DNA of 64,000 nt from the human T2T-CHM13v2.0 reference genome, Homo sapiens. The translations under genes and the position numbers were made by a program. Location of the stretch: assembly GCF_009914755.1 (NCBI RefSeq), contig NC_060928.1, one strand, 5' to 3'. This document shows, in pieces, positions 39,989-52,029 of the stretch. The notes beneath the pieces are model-generated. The model was not told the origin of the DNA. It did no database searches and worked only from the letters and a program-made list of their open reading frames with translations. How positions within the stretch are numbered: position 1 is the stretch's first letter; every line of letters begins with the position of its first letter.

Positions 39989-40316
39989 TATATATATATA
40001 TATTTTGAGATGGAGCCTTTCTCTGTCCCCCAGGCTGGAGTGGGGACATTTAAGTCCTTGATCCATTTAAGTGGTGTGACTTTGGCTCACTGCCACCTCC
40101 ACCTCCAGGGTTCAAACAATTCTCCGGCCTCAGCCTCCTGAGTAGCTGGGACTACAGATGCACACCACCACACCCAGCTAATTTTTTGTACTCTTGGTAC
40201 AGATGGGGTTTCACCATGTTGGCCAGGCCGGCCTTGAACTCCTGACCTCAAGTGATCTGCCTGCCTCGGCCTCCCAAAGTGCTGAAATTACAGGTGTAAT
40301 CTTACCACACTCAGCC
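39989..40316 (-). mobile_element. Alu (AluS-like) carrying an internal non-Alu insertion
   Basis: Full dimer, (AT)n tail, TSD aagaaaaa. Confidence 0.95.
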
Positions 40317-41723
40317 AAGAAAAATATTTTAAAATAAATTTAGTGTAGCCTAAGAGTGCAGTGTTTATAAAGTCCACAGTAATGTACAGTAATGGCCTAG
40401 GCCTTCACACTCAACCGCCACTCACCTACTGACTCACCCAGAGCAACTTCCTGTCCTGCAAGCCCCATTCATGGTAAGTGCCCTATGCAGGGGTACTTTT
40501 TTAAATCTTTTCCATCATGTTTTTATTGTACCTTTTCTATGTCTAGAAATGTTTAGATACACAAATTCTGTCACATTGACTACAGTGTTCAGCATAGTAA
40601 CTTGCTATACTGATTTGTAGCCCAGGAGCAATAGTCTTTATCATATAGCCTAGGTGTGTAGTAGGCTATACCATCAAGGTTTATGTAGTACACGTTATCA
40701 TGTTTGCACAATGACAAAATTGCCTAAGAACACATTTCTCAGAATGTACGTACATGATTGTATTTAGGAATATGTATTTTTGACAATGTGGCCCCAGGTA
40801 CAATCCAACTACTCTGCCTGGTGCTCAACTTAATGAAACCATAGTATGTTCTAATGATGGAAGATACACCTTTTACCTGCATGCTGATTTGAACTTACTG
40901 AGAAGAAATGTTTGAGAATTATTATTGACCAGATGTGACTACATATATATATATTTATGTTTTTGTTTTTTTATTGGTTTACTTTATAATCTTTCTATAG
41001 AAAACCAGCATAATTACCAATCTGTAGCTCGTAGGAGGGCATTAACTGCAGATCACTTATGAGGTATAAAGATAAAATAATTCAACTTAGTTTTTGTCAA
41101 ACTTGTTAGTGCATTTATAGACAAATGTGAACTAGTTTCTGAAAATTTGGCTTCTATTCATTTATTTCAAAAATCATATATTCAGTTTTTCTCTAATTTC
41201 TACTTTTGCAATATCTTTGAAGCTTGCCCAAATTGTTGAAATTCAATTAATTTTGGCATATGGCCATCCTTAGCAAGTAGACTTGGTTTCTAGCAATAGG
41301 CCAAATTAATTTCATGTAAGTGATAGGCACTTAAATTGGCAAAAGTATTTCAGACAAAATATGCTCTGTCTCTAACGTAAGAAGACTGCTTCCCTCCTAG
41401 GGCTCATCATCTAGCTCTGAGAGTGAGTCAAAGGAATTAATTCCAAAATATTTATCAGAACTTCATTGGAATTAGTAAATAAATATGATGACCACTTTGG
41501 AAAAGAAAACACATATTTGGATATGATCATTTTCATACAATTTTTTAATCTTTACTCTCTAGTAGTCAAATCTTCTTTACTTTTACTTTTACTTTTAGAA
41601 AACATCTTAGCTTCTTACAGAAGAAGAAGCATGAAATGGCTTTTCACCTCCACCTGTATGCTGTTTCTAAGCTCATGAAGCTAGGTAAGGCAATTATCTT
41701 CTCTCTCCCCATATTATTCTATT

Positions 41724-41732
41724 TCCTTTCTT

Positions 41733-41766
<34 letters not shown>

Positions 41767-42047
41767 AGACAGGGTCTCAATCTGTCACCGAGGCTGGAGT
41801 GCAGTGGCACGATCTTGGCTCACTGCAACCTCGGCTTCCCAGGTCAAGCGATTCTCCTGCCTCAGCCTCCCAAGTAGCTGGGACTAGAGGCACCCACCAC
41901 CAAGCCCAGCTAACTTTTTTTGTACTTTTAGTAGAGACAGGGTTTCACTGTGTTAGGCAGGATGGTCTCGATCTCCTGACCTCATGATCCGCCCGCCTCA
42001 GCCTTCCAAAGTGCTGGGATTACAGGTGTGAGCCACCACGCCTGGCC
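41724..42047 (-). mobile_element. Alu (AluSc-like) with a long poly-T tail
   Basis: Full dimer; TSD-like ttattctattt/ttattccattt. Confidence 0.96.
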
Positions 42048-42267
42048 TTATTATTCCATTTTCTAAGAAAACCCTTGGTTTAGGAAATTGCTTGATATGA
42101 CTCCTTTTTATTTATTTATTTTTATTGATTTTTTTTTTTTCTTCACCTCTCCAAAAGACATACCACAATGTGTCCTCAAGGGTCTTTATTACAGAGAATG
42201 TTCTTTGGTCATGCCTGACTGTACTATGACTGTTGGCATATAAAATTAAAATAGATCATAGAGATTA

Positions 42268-42432
42268 GGACTGGGATTTTGTTGGTGAAAGTGGGGTGCT
42301 TACCTCAGGTGCAAAGTTTAAGGGGCCAAAACATTCAGTAATTAAGATAAATAATATTTTAAAGCAATATATTAAGCAAATCAAAATCAGTGCAAAATAT
42401 GAAGTGCAAAACACCAAATTTTACAAGACAAG
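42268..42432. mobile_element. MER96B-like hAT MITE fragment
   Basis: cctcaggtgcaaagtttaaggggccaaaacattcagtaattaagataaataatattttaa. Confidence 0.65.
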
Positions 42433-42626
42433 CTGTTGTCTTTTTTGTTTGCTTTGCCAACCCGTGCTATTGTGCAAGGAAACAGTCCTTTATAATCAGC
42501 CTGAAGTCCTGGGCTGCATATATGTTGTATCCTTGCCGGGTGGGTTCATAAGGGTTGAAAATGATGTGGGAACAAATTGAACAATGTGAGCTTTAATATA
42601 TAGTCACATTTTTTGAATGTAGAGTT

Positions 42627-42944
42627 GTTTATTTTTATTTTTATTTATTTATTTATTTTGAGAAGGAGTCTTGCTCTGTCGCCCAGGCTTGAGTGCAGTG
42701 GTGCGATCTTGGCTCACTCACTGCAAGCTCCGCCTTCTGGATTCACGCCATTCTCCTGCCTCAGCCTCCCGAGTAGCTGGGACAACAGGTGCCTGCCACC
42801 GCGCCTGGCTAATTTTTTGTATTTTTAGTAGAGACGGGGTTTCACCGTGTTAGCCAGGATGGTCTCGATCTACTGACCTCGTGATCTGCCCACCTTGGCC
42901 TCCCAAAGTGCTGGGATTACAGGCTTGAGCCACTGCCCCTGGCC
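42627..42944 (-). mobile_element. AluY
   Basis: Diagnostic gcaagctccgcc...ttcacgccattctcc and ccgtgttagccaggatggtctcgatc. Confidence 0.95.
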
Positions 42945-43769
42945 TAGAAATTTTATTAATTTCTTCCACTTGACTCTAAACATGGAAGGACATTTTGATA
43001 AGTGTATGTAGGGGCATATGTTTCCCTTAGGCTCTAAAATTTTTCTCAGTTGCCTTTTGCCTTTTGCTACCAAACACTGGTAGAGAGTCACCCCTTTGGC
43101 CGCTGAAGGTTAGACGTGTGGTGTTCATTATCCTGCATTACATCCCAGAACAGACAGACAGTATTGCTGGTAGAAATCAACCTGAATATCTGTTAGACAA
43201 AAATCATATCATTTTCTTAGATTGGTACATTCTTTCAGAATAATGCAAAGATACATTAAGGGAAGAAATAACATCAAAGCGTAAATATCAAGAGATAAAT
43301 ACCATACTACACCATTTTAACTGAAAATTCTGCTAGTTCTTGGATATCTAAATAAGTTTTCTCTTTATTCAGTGTATGATCTGATTCAAATTATTTACAA
43401 TTCAGGTATTTGTATCTAATGTGAGTCTTGTTTTGGCTGTTTCAATCTCAACTGGTTCTTCTTGTTATTTCTTGTATACTGTAAACAACATAACCAGTGT
43501 GATTAACACTAATTGAGAAATAGAAATGAAAATGGTTACTTGCTGAAAACAGTTTGGCTAATATGTATAATGACAACATTTTGCATTACAAGAATACTCA
43601 AATTGTAACCTTTGACTTTAGTTCTAAAATCTCTGAAGCATTTCAAAGAATAGAGTTTTGGACATAGATGAATATATAAATGTATGCTAGATAAAATGCG
43701 GTTGCGATCTGTATAGGAATATATGCTGTTTTATTAATATATTTACTAAAAGACATTATCATATAGTTG

Positions 43770-44010
43770 TTGAAGTATAGGCTTTAAAATTATACTTAAG
43801 ATGTGAATCAATTCTGGCTTCAATTGTTAGCTGTGTAACCGTAAATAACTAATCTCCCCAGGGCTCAGTTTTCTCACTTGTAAAATGGAGAGAATATAAT
43901 CCAGTTGGTAGGCTGGTTGGAAGACTTACATAAAACCCTATATGAAAGGTTTTTGACATCATATCAGGCAAACTGTAGATGTTTTCTAAATATTATCTAT
44001 ACACTATTAC
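43770..44010 (+). mobile_element. MIR SINE
   Basis: tagctgtgtaacc...ctcagttttctcacttgtaaaatggag. Confidence 0.7.
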
Positions 44011-44713
44011 TTCTCTGATATTTTTCTGTTTCTTTAATGTCATATTATTGTTCATAGTTCTGCATTTTTAATACTCTTTTTACAAATAGCTTTCGCTATT
44101 TGTTATATTACTGGCATTCATAAATGTACATTAATTTTGATTTCTGAGAGGTTCTGAAATTCTCTGTGGGTTTTTTTCTTATTTCTGTACATATTGTCCC
44201 ATTGGAATCCAAAATTACTGAAGTAAGCACCAGGTTTTTCTTTTGACACATTAAAGTATACTATGTGTTAAAGGCAAAATGGTCCCTCATTGTATTTTTT
44301 TAAAATGTAATTTGAATAAGCCTGCCTCAAAAATACAAGAGATATCTGCATCCAAAATATCAGTTTTGGAAAGGTAGCCAATATATTATTAACTGCTGAA
44401 AATAATTTTTTAAAATTATGTCTTATTCGTAAGATTAAAAATTAAAAAATTAGAAAAGTAAAAATACTCATGGGTAAGATTTTTCTGGTAATACTATTTT
44501 GACAGCTATCAATACAGGCAGAGAAAGGAAGTTGTCAGACTACTTATTATACAGGAAAAGATAATAAACTTTAGTATTGTGACTATAGAAGAGCTCATCC
44601 TTTGTTCTTTGATAAATCACTAAGAAAAAATGGCTAGGCTTGCAAATATTCCTAATCCTTGTCTTTTAAGATTATATCATTGATCACATTCAATTGTAAG
44701 TAACATTAAAAAA

Positions 44714-44759
44714 TATTAGATTGGTGCACATGTAATTGTGGCTTTTGCCATTAAAAGTA
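44714..44759. mobile_element. MADE1 half element (one TIR plus spacer)
   Basis: tattagattggtgcacatgtaattgtggcttttgccattaaaagta. Confidence 0.85.
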
Positions 44760-45237
44760 CCATGAAAAATATTTTTTCTTCCATGCAACAATTAGTTTGG
44801 AGGTGAAATATTGAAAATAATGGTTCAGCTATTCAGCAGCAGCATAAAGATCCCAGGATGGTTCCATCTTTCTACTCCACAATCCTCTGATCCCATTTTG
44901 GCCTTTTAGGTTAGGTTTGCTGCCTCTTGCTTACAAGAAGGCTGCCACAGCTCCAGATAACAAGACCTCCTTCTAAGACAGGGATATAAGCTACAAGCAG
45001 TAAGAGAGCTTCTCATGCAGGTTTCCTCTTTGTAAAATTATCTTTCCACAAAAACTCTAAGCAGATTTCTTCTTTATCACTTTCAGGAGAAATAGATAAT
45101 GACCACTTCCTAAATGAAGAGGTTTAGGCCCACTTTCTGTAAGATAAAATAACTACTGCTTGATGGCTTAAGAAAATTAAGATCCTGTTAGCAGGAGAGT
45201 GGTATTTTAGTAACCATTGTGACTGCCACATAAGTTT

Positions 45238-45240
<3 letters not shown>

Positions 45241-45272
<32 letters not shown>
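45241..45272. repeat. (CA)n microsatellite
   Basis: Direct reading. Confidence 0.95.
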
Positions 45273-45275
<3 letters not shown>

Positions 45276-46256
45276 TTTATTCTCCAGGAAAAAGCAGGAG
45301 ATTCACAAGAAAACAGTCATCTTTCTTCATACCAGCTTCTTATTTGTTTATTTGTTTCTAAAATGTTAGAATACTAATAAATCACAGTTAATGCTTCTTT
45401 GATCAGCTTTCAGTACATATCTGATTTTTTGAGGTAATTGTTATATCATTCCACATCCCACAAATAAATAAGGAAAATGAAGAGCAAAGAGAAAATGTAA
45501 GCAGGGGAATAAAATGAAGAATACATAAAATGCATGTCAGTATGCTAATCTCTTCTTGATGGTTGATCATGATGTTGCTTTAAGCTTCTTGTCAACTGAC
45601 AGGAAGAAGAAAATAGATCAAGTCTAGATGTTCATAATATCTCTAATACAAAAATGAACTACCGGCTCAAAGGAAACATAACTACTCTGCAAAAGTCCAG
45701 AAGCACATTCCTTGTGGGTGCTGATAAAAAGAATAAGGTCTAACCCAGTGAAACACGGTTTCACTAAATAATTGCCCCATCTTTCATCAGCAATTTCTTA
45801 TGAGGTCCTTTAATTTGGGCAACAGCATATTACCTAAGTGTAATTCAGCAACACAATTCTTGGTCAGGGGTCATAGACCTGGCAAATCCAGAAACAGGAT
45901 AGAACCACTTGTAATAATCTTCCCTCTCCCCTTTGCACACTCAACATTATGAATGAGAATAATAGACACAGGAAATGTACAAGCAAATCTGTGTGGACTC
46001 CCAGTTGGCAACACATTTGGTCAGTTTTGGTGGCTTTATTGCTTCTAAAGTTTTCAAGGTCTCAACAAGCTAATATTTTTCTTAGTTCTGTGCTGGTGGG
46101 ATTTCAGTATGCATGAAAGAACACTTAAAAAACATATTTGAGACAGAACACAGACCATAGATTCAAATATTATCAGAACAAACTAGGGTTGTCATTTAAC
46201 TTACAATTTTTTAAAATTTACTTTCCTATTAATATCTCCTAAAAATCAAAGATTTC

Positions 46257-46550
46257 GGCCAGGTGTGGTGGCTCATGCCTGTAGTCCTAGCCCTTTGGGA
46301 GGCCGAGGCAGGTGGATCACAAGGTCGGGAGTTTGAGTCCAGCCTGGCCAACATGGTGAAACCCCGTCTCTACTAAAAATATGAAAAAATTAGCTGGGTG
46401 TGGTGGCGGGCTTCTGTAATCCCAGCTACTCAGGAGGCTGAGGCAGACAGTTGCTTGAACCCGGGAGGCGGAGGTTGCAGTGAGCCGAGATCGCGCCACT
46501 GCACTCCAGACTAGGCGACAGAGAGACACTTCGTCTCAAAAAAAAAAAAA
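46257..46550 (+). mobile_element. Alu (AluS-like)
   Basis: Full dimer; TSD aaaaatcaaagatttc/aaaaatcaaatatttc. Confidence 0.97.
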
Positions 46551-47764
46551 ATCAAATATTTCAGTCAGAAATATCCTGCTGAGCAGTAATGTGTCAAAAG
46601 ATTACCTTTGGTCCTTGCCACTGACTTTTATGTCTATAAGTAATTAAATATTTAGGGAGTTAATTTATTTCCAACCATTAATTTTCATCTCAGGTTAAGT
46701 GGTTTGTCTGTTTGACTTCATTTCAAATTACCGGGACCTGAACTTAGACATCACTTAACAAAAGATAAAAATCTTAAGGGTCCAGGAGCCCCAATTATTC
46801 TTCTCTTCTACAGAGGTGACGTTTCAGGCTGTATAAAGAACAGCTTTTAAATATAACCTTTGAATCTTCCATGAGACACGTCAAGACAAAAGCAGACATC
46901 ATTTATAAGATTAGAGAGATATCCTATTGTTTTTTGAAATAGCATTCATTTTCATATAATATGTGTATTATGTCTAACACTTTAAAATGATCTTTAAGTT
47001 TCATTTTTGTTTATTTGTATGGATTGTTCCTTTGAAAAATGTCATCAGTTGTTCACTTTACCATACAATGAACTCGACTTTTTAAAATTAAAACATTGTC
47101 AACTCTTTTGCTTATTTCCAAATTCACCTCGAAAACACTAACAAAAAAATTGAACATTTTAGATGAGATCTATGATTTGGTTAGCTTAGCAATTTAGATA
47201 TGTGAATAGAAGCATGCATATTACTTTCAAAAGGTCACCAAAATTACAGGTGCAAAAATGCAGGTGCAAGTAATTAACCTCTTGAGCAAGCTATTGGCTG
47301 ATTGCAGGTGCAATTAGTGAAACAGGAAAAAAGAAGGGATGGTCTTGTTGAAATTTAACCTCAAATTGTATGAGTTGTCAAACTACATTGTAAACACTTA
47401 AACTTGCTAAAATTTGGCTTTTGTAGCATTTGTCTTTTTTTTAATGGTAAAGAAATATTGTTTAAAAAATATCATGGCTATTTTTTAATAGTCTTCCTTT
47501 CAAATAAAATTTTAAATCCTTGAGAACAATGTCTCTCTATACCTGATCATAAGGCAAGTTGAAAAAAGAGTATAATTTGATACCTGGATCATTGCTTAAT
47601 ACCATGTTGAGAAAATCAGACTCAATAGACAAAACTCGTTTCTCACTTTTCCCAATCTCCTATAGTCAACTATTTGTTTTTCAAATGAAAATAACAATAC
47701 AGGGACTTCCTAAAAGAGCAAAGCTGTGTAAATGGTTATCTATCCCCTTTCCTTCTAGGAATTA

Positions 47765-48109
<345 letters not shown>

Positions 48110-48564
48110 TCACAGACTTCAAAATAAAGCCTACTGCTAAGTAGGGCAAAAATGTGGAGCAAGATTTAATAAAAGTGAATTAAAAACATGAAGAGTGGGG
48201 AAAGCATGAAGATCTCAGAATATGCCAGCAAAACACACTTCCTGAATTTGAGGGCATGATCATGAAGTGAAAACACTAAATGTCGTGTAGACAATAATAG
48301 CGGAGGAAACTGAGGTAAAGAGGATCAGAAGGAAAAGGCTTCCTGGGCACAAAGTAATAGGAAAGGAGGAGGCAGAGCTCTGTGCAGTACAACTAAGTAA
48401 CATTTGCAAGATGTTTCTTTGGCAAACCAAAAGCAGCTTTGTTTCAGGAAGTCTGGAAGGTGACCCTGCTGTTCAGCTTTTCCATATACTGTATGGGATT
48501 CTTCTGAAAAGGGCTAGTCAAGGAAAAGACAACTCATTTAATGAAGAGTACTAAGAAAAGTAAG

Positions 48565-48893
48565 TGTTGCAGGACTTTTACTTATTCAGCTAAAGACTGG
48601 GTTCTTTGTTCCACAGCCACGAAAATTCAGGCTCGCAGACAATTTAAATGGTGAGTGAGACATGGTTTTATTGGGTGAAAAGGAAGAAAAGGGGGAAACA
48701 GGGACTCTTGCGAGACCAGGGTCTCTCCGCTAGAGCACTTCCTGCCAGCAGCTTGAATCCCAGTTTCCACACATAAGAAAAAGAGGTGCCAGGCTCCTCC
48801 CTACTGCAAGCGACGTGAACTTCCTAAGGCTCCACCTCAGTGGGCAGGCTGGTTGGAGTTTCTCCAGGGACCACCTCCCACCTGGCTGTCTCA
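48565..48893 (-). mobile_element. MER61-like ERV1 solo LTR
   Basis: The reverse complement starts TGAGACAGCCAGGTGGGAGG...CCCTGGAGAAACTCCAACCAGCCTGCCCACTGAGGTGGAGCC and ends ...GTCCTGCAACA. Confidence 0.75.
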
Positions 48894-49111
48894 GTAGCAA
48901 GCACAGCATCAACACAAAGGTATAGTAAGTGAAAAAAGGATGTAGAATTATCAAAAAGGCAACACCATCTCACTCAAAATTTGTTTTAAGAGAGTAAATG
49001 AAAATTACAAACTAATATTTCACGAAGAATTAAAAAAATAATAATTAGCTCTTTGAAGAAAAACCAAGCAGCAAAGATGCAAAATCTCAAGAATGTGATG
49101 CTAGATAACAG

Positions 49112-50521
49112 TGTGTCCAGAATTGGTGGGTTCTTGGTCTCACTGACTTCAATAATGAAGCCGCAGACCCTCATGTGAGTGTTACAATTCTTGAAGGTGG
49201 TGCGTCAGGAGTTTGTTCCTTCTGATGTTTGGATATGTTCGTAGTTTTTTCCTTCTGGTGGGTTCGTGGTCTCACTGGCCTCCGGAGTGAAGTTGCAGAT
49301 CTTCGCACTGAGTGTTACAGCTCATAAAGGCAGTGCAGACCCAATGAGTGAGCAGCAGCAAGATTTATTGCAAAGCCTGAAAAAACAAAGGTGCCACATG
49401 GTGGAAGAGAACTTCAGCAGGTTGCCACTGTTGGCTCTGGCAGCCTGCTTTTATTCCCTTATCTGGCCCCACCCACATCCTGCCGATTGGTTCATTCTAC
49501 AGAGAGCTGATTGGTCCGTTTTGACAGGATGCTGATTGGTGTGTTTACAATCTCTGAGCTAGACACAAAAGTTCTCCAAGTCCCCACTAGATTAGCTAGA
49601 CACAGAGCACTGATTGGTGCATTTACAAACCTTGAGCTAGACACAGAGTGCTGATTGGTGTATTTACGATCCCTTAGCTAGACATAAAGGTTCTCCAAGT
49701 CCCCACTAGATTAGCTAGACACAGAGCACTGATTGGTGCATTTACAAACCTTGAGCTAGACACAGGGTGCTGATTGATTTGTTTACAAACCTTGAGATAG
49801 ACACAGAGTGCTGACTGGTGTATTTACAATCCCTTAGCTAGACATAAAGGTTCTCCAAGTCCCCACTAGACTCAGGAGCTCAGCTGGCTTCACCTAGTGG
49901 ATCCCGCTCCGGGGCTGCAGGTGGAGCTGCCCACCAGTCCCGCGCCGTGAGCCTGCACTCCTCAGCCCTTGGGTGGTCGACAGGCCTGGGCACCATGAAG
50001 CAGGGGGCGGCACTCGTTGGGGAGCCTCCGGCTGTTCAGGAGCCCACGGCGGGGCGGAGGCTGGGGCATGGTGGGCTGCAGGTCCCGAGCCCTGCCCCAT
50101 GGTGGGGCAGCTGTGGCCCAGCGAGAATTCAAGTGCAGCGCCAGCGGGCTGGCACTGCTGGGGGACCGGGGCACCCTCTGCCGCTGCTGGCCCAGGTGCT
50201 AAGCCCCTCACTGCCTGGGGCCGGCGGCACCAGCTGGCTGGCCACTCTGAGTGTGTGGCCCGCTGAGCCCACACCCACCTGGAATTCATGCTGGCCCGTG
50301 AGTGCCATGCGCAGCCTGGGTTCCCACCTGCGCCTCTCCCTCCACACCTCCCTGCAAGCAGAGGGAGCCGGCTCCAGTCTCGGCCAGCCCAGAGAGGGGC
50401 TCCCACAGGGCAGCAGCAGGCTGAAGGGCTCCTCAAGCGTGGCCAGAGTGGACGCCAAGGCCAAGGAGGCACCGAGAGTGAGCAAGGGCTGCGAGGGCTG
50501 CCAGCACGCTGTCACCTCTCA
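49112..50521 (-). mobile_element. LTR12 (LTR12C-like, ERV9) solo LTR, about 1.4 kb
   Basis: The reverse complement starts TGAGAGGTGACAGCGTGCTGGCAG and ends CCAATTCTGGACACA; GC-rich U3, tandem CCAAT repeats; 4-bp TSD acag/atag. Confidence 0.96.
49480..49870 (-). promoter_or_regulatory. LTR12 NF-Y (CCAAT) tandem enhancer/promoter array
   Basis: Six intact ATTGG (CCAAT on the minus strand) within repeated gctagacacagag..ctgattggtg units; AATAAAA TATA-like box on the minus strand near 49450. Confidence 0.75.
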
Positions 50522-51673
50522 ATAGGATGAGATGAAACAAAAGTGGTAACGTTGCGATGAAAGGTAAGAAACAAACTCATTACAAAAATAAAGTGAAGGA
50601 TTGAGGAGCATGAAGAAAAATTGTAATACAGGTTGAAAAGAAATAAAAAGTGCTGTAACAAAGGGAGCGAGAAGAAAAAACATAGTGACAGGAGATAAAG
50701 GAGGTTCAACATAAGCACAACTGTAGTACCCAGATTAAAAAACAAAAATATGATTTAATTATAGTTTGCTTAGAGTGTAAAAATATGTGAGGATAAAACT
50801 GATGATGTATTTCAAGAAAAACAAAACAAAACTTTAAAAGCATATTGTGAGGATAGACCACGTGTGAGGAATAATTGACACAGAATGGTCAACATCAAGA
50901 TACATCTTAAACAAAAACAACAACAATAGTGACTTAACAAAACAAGAATTTTAAGGGAGAAGGTTAAAGCTAGCCTATTTCCCTACATCAAAATCCAACC
51001 AAAAATAAGAGAGAAGCAATTTCTATGTGACACTTAAGGAGAAAGAGTATGAACTGAGAACTTTATATTCAGCCAAAGTCTTTCCAGGACTAGTGAACAT
51101 AGTTTTATGTCTATAAGTAATATAGAAGAATCCAAGGAAGAGTTTACCCTTGAGCCACACTTCAGTAAAATAGTAGAGAAATTAATTTTAGATAGCCAGG
51201 AAAGAACTGGAGAAACAATAGTAAAAGTTCTGACAGCAGATATTAAATATTTTTAACAGTATACCTAAGACTAAAATAAATGTGATGGAACAAAATGTAA
51301 ACAGTGTATGCCTTATTAATGAGCATTAATGAACACCTCCATCCACGGCATTATTCTCATCCATGGACTTCTTACTTCCCAGTACTGGTAGCTGCTGTAT
51401 TCAGCAGTAATCTTATTGAAAATCACCTTTCCTTTATCTATGTCAACAAGGCGTTCTGATAATCTAGCACATACTAATATGATAACAGGGTAGGCCTAGA
51501 AGGGCACAACTGGGTTATATGTACAATACTCATTTAAAGCTTCTAGGAAAAAACATTCCTTTTCTTTTTTTCTCTTTAGTTTTGTTTTTGTTTTCCCTAC
51601 GAGATTACTAAAGAGGAGGATTTCAGGCCAATTGGGAAAAAACATAATTAATAACAGGTGTAATTTTGGTGTG

Positions 51674-52029
51674 TATATTAGTCTGTTTCATGCTGCTGAT
51701 AAAGACATACCTGAAACTGGGTAATTTATAAAGAAAAAGAGGTTTAATGGACTCACAGTTCCACATGGCTGGGGAGACCTAATGATCATGGTGGAAGGCG
51801 AAAGGCACCTCTTACACAGCAGCAGACAAGAGAGAATTTGTGCAGGGAAACTACCCCTTATAAAACCATCAGATCTCATGAGACTTATTCTCTATCCTGA
51901 GAACAGAACCGGAAAGACCCAACCCCGTGATTTAATTATCTCCTGCTGGGTCTCTCACACAACACATGGGAATTCTGGGAGCTATAATTCAAGATGTAAT
52001 TTGGGTGGGGACACAGCCAAACTGTATTA
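51674..52029 (-). mobile_element. THE1 (THE1B/C-like) MaLR solo LTR
   Basis: tattagtctgtttcatgctgctgataaagacatacc...gggtggggacacagccaaactgtatta; TSD gtgtg/gtgta. Confidence 0.93.

Larger units (their letters stand above)
48150..51300 (+). mobile_element. HAL1 / ancient L1 ORF1-like remnant interrupted by MER61 and LTR12
   Basis: A-rich, ORF1-like sequence (ggaggttcaacataagc, catcaagatacatctta, gaactttatattcagccaa, cctaagactaaaataaatgtg) on both sides of the LTRs. Confidence 0.55.

Noticed and set aside
48565-48893. Possible p53 response element, as found in some MER61 subfamilies
   Set aside because: No paired RRRCWWGYYY half-sites visible in this copy
49540-49870. Regularly spaced direct repeats superficially like a CRISPR array
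   Set aside because: They are the known ERV9/LTR12 tandem enhancer units, with no unique spacers and no cas genes, in a primate genome
49894-50530. Several overlapping 70-192 aa ORFs on both strands
   Set aside because: They lie wholly within the GC-rich LTR12 U3, where stop codons are rare; no recognisable protein features
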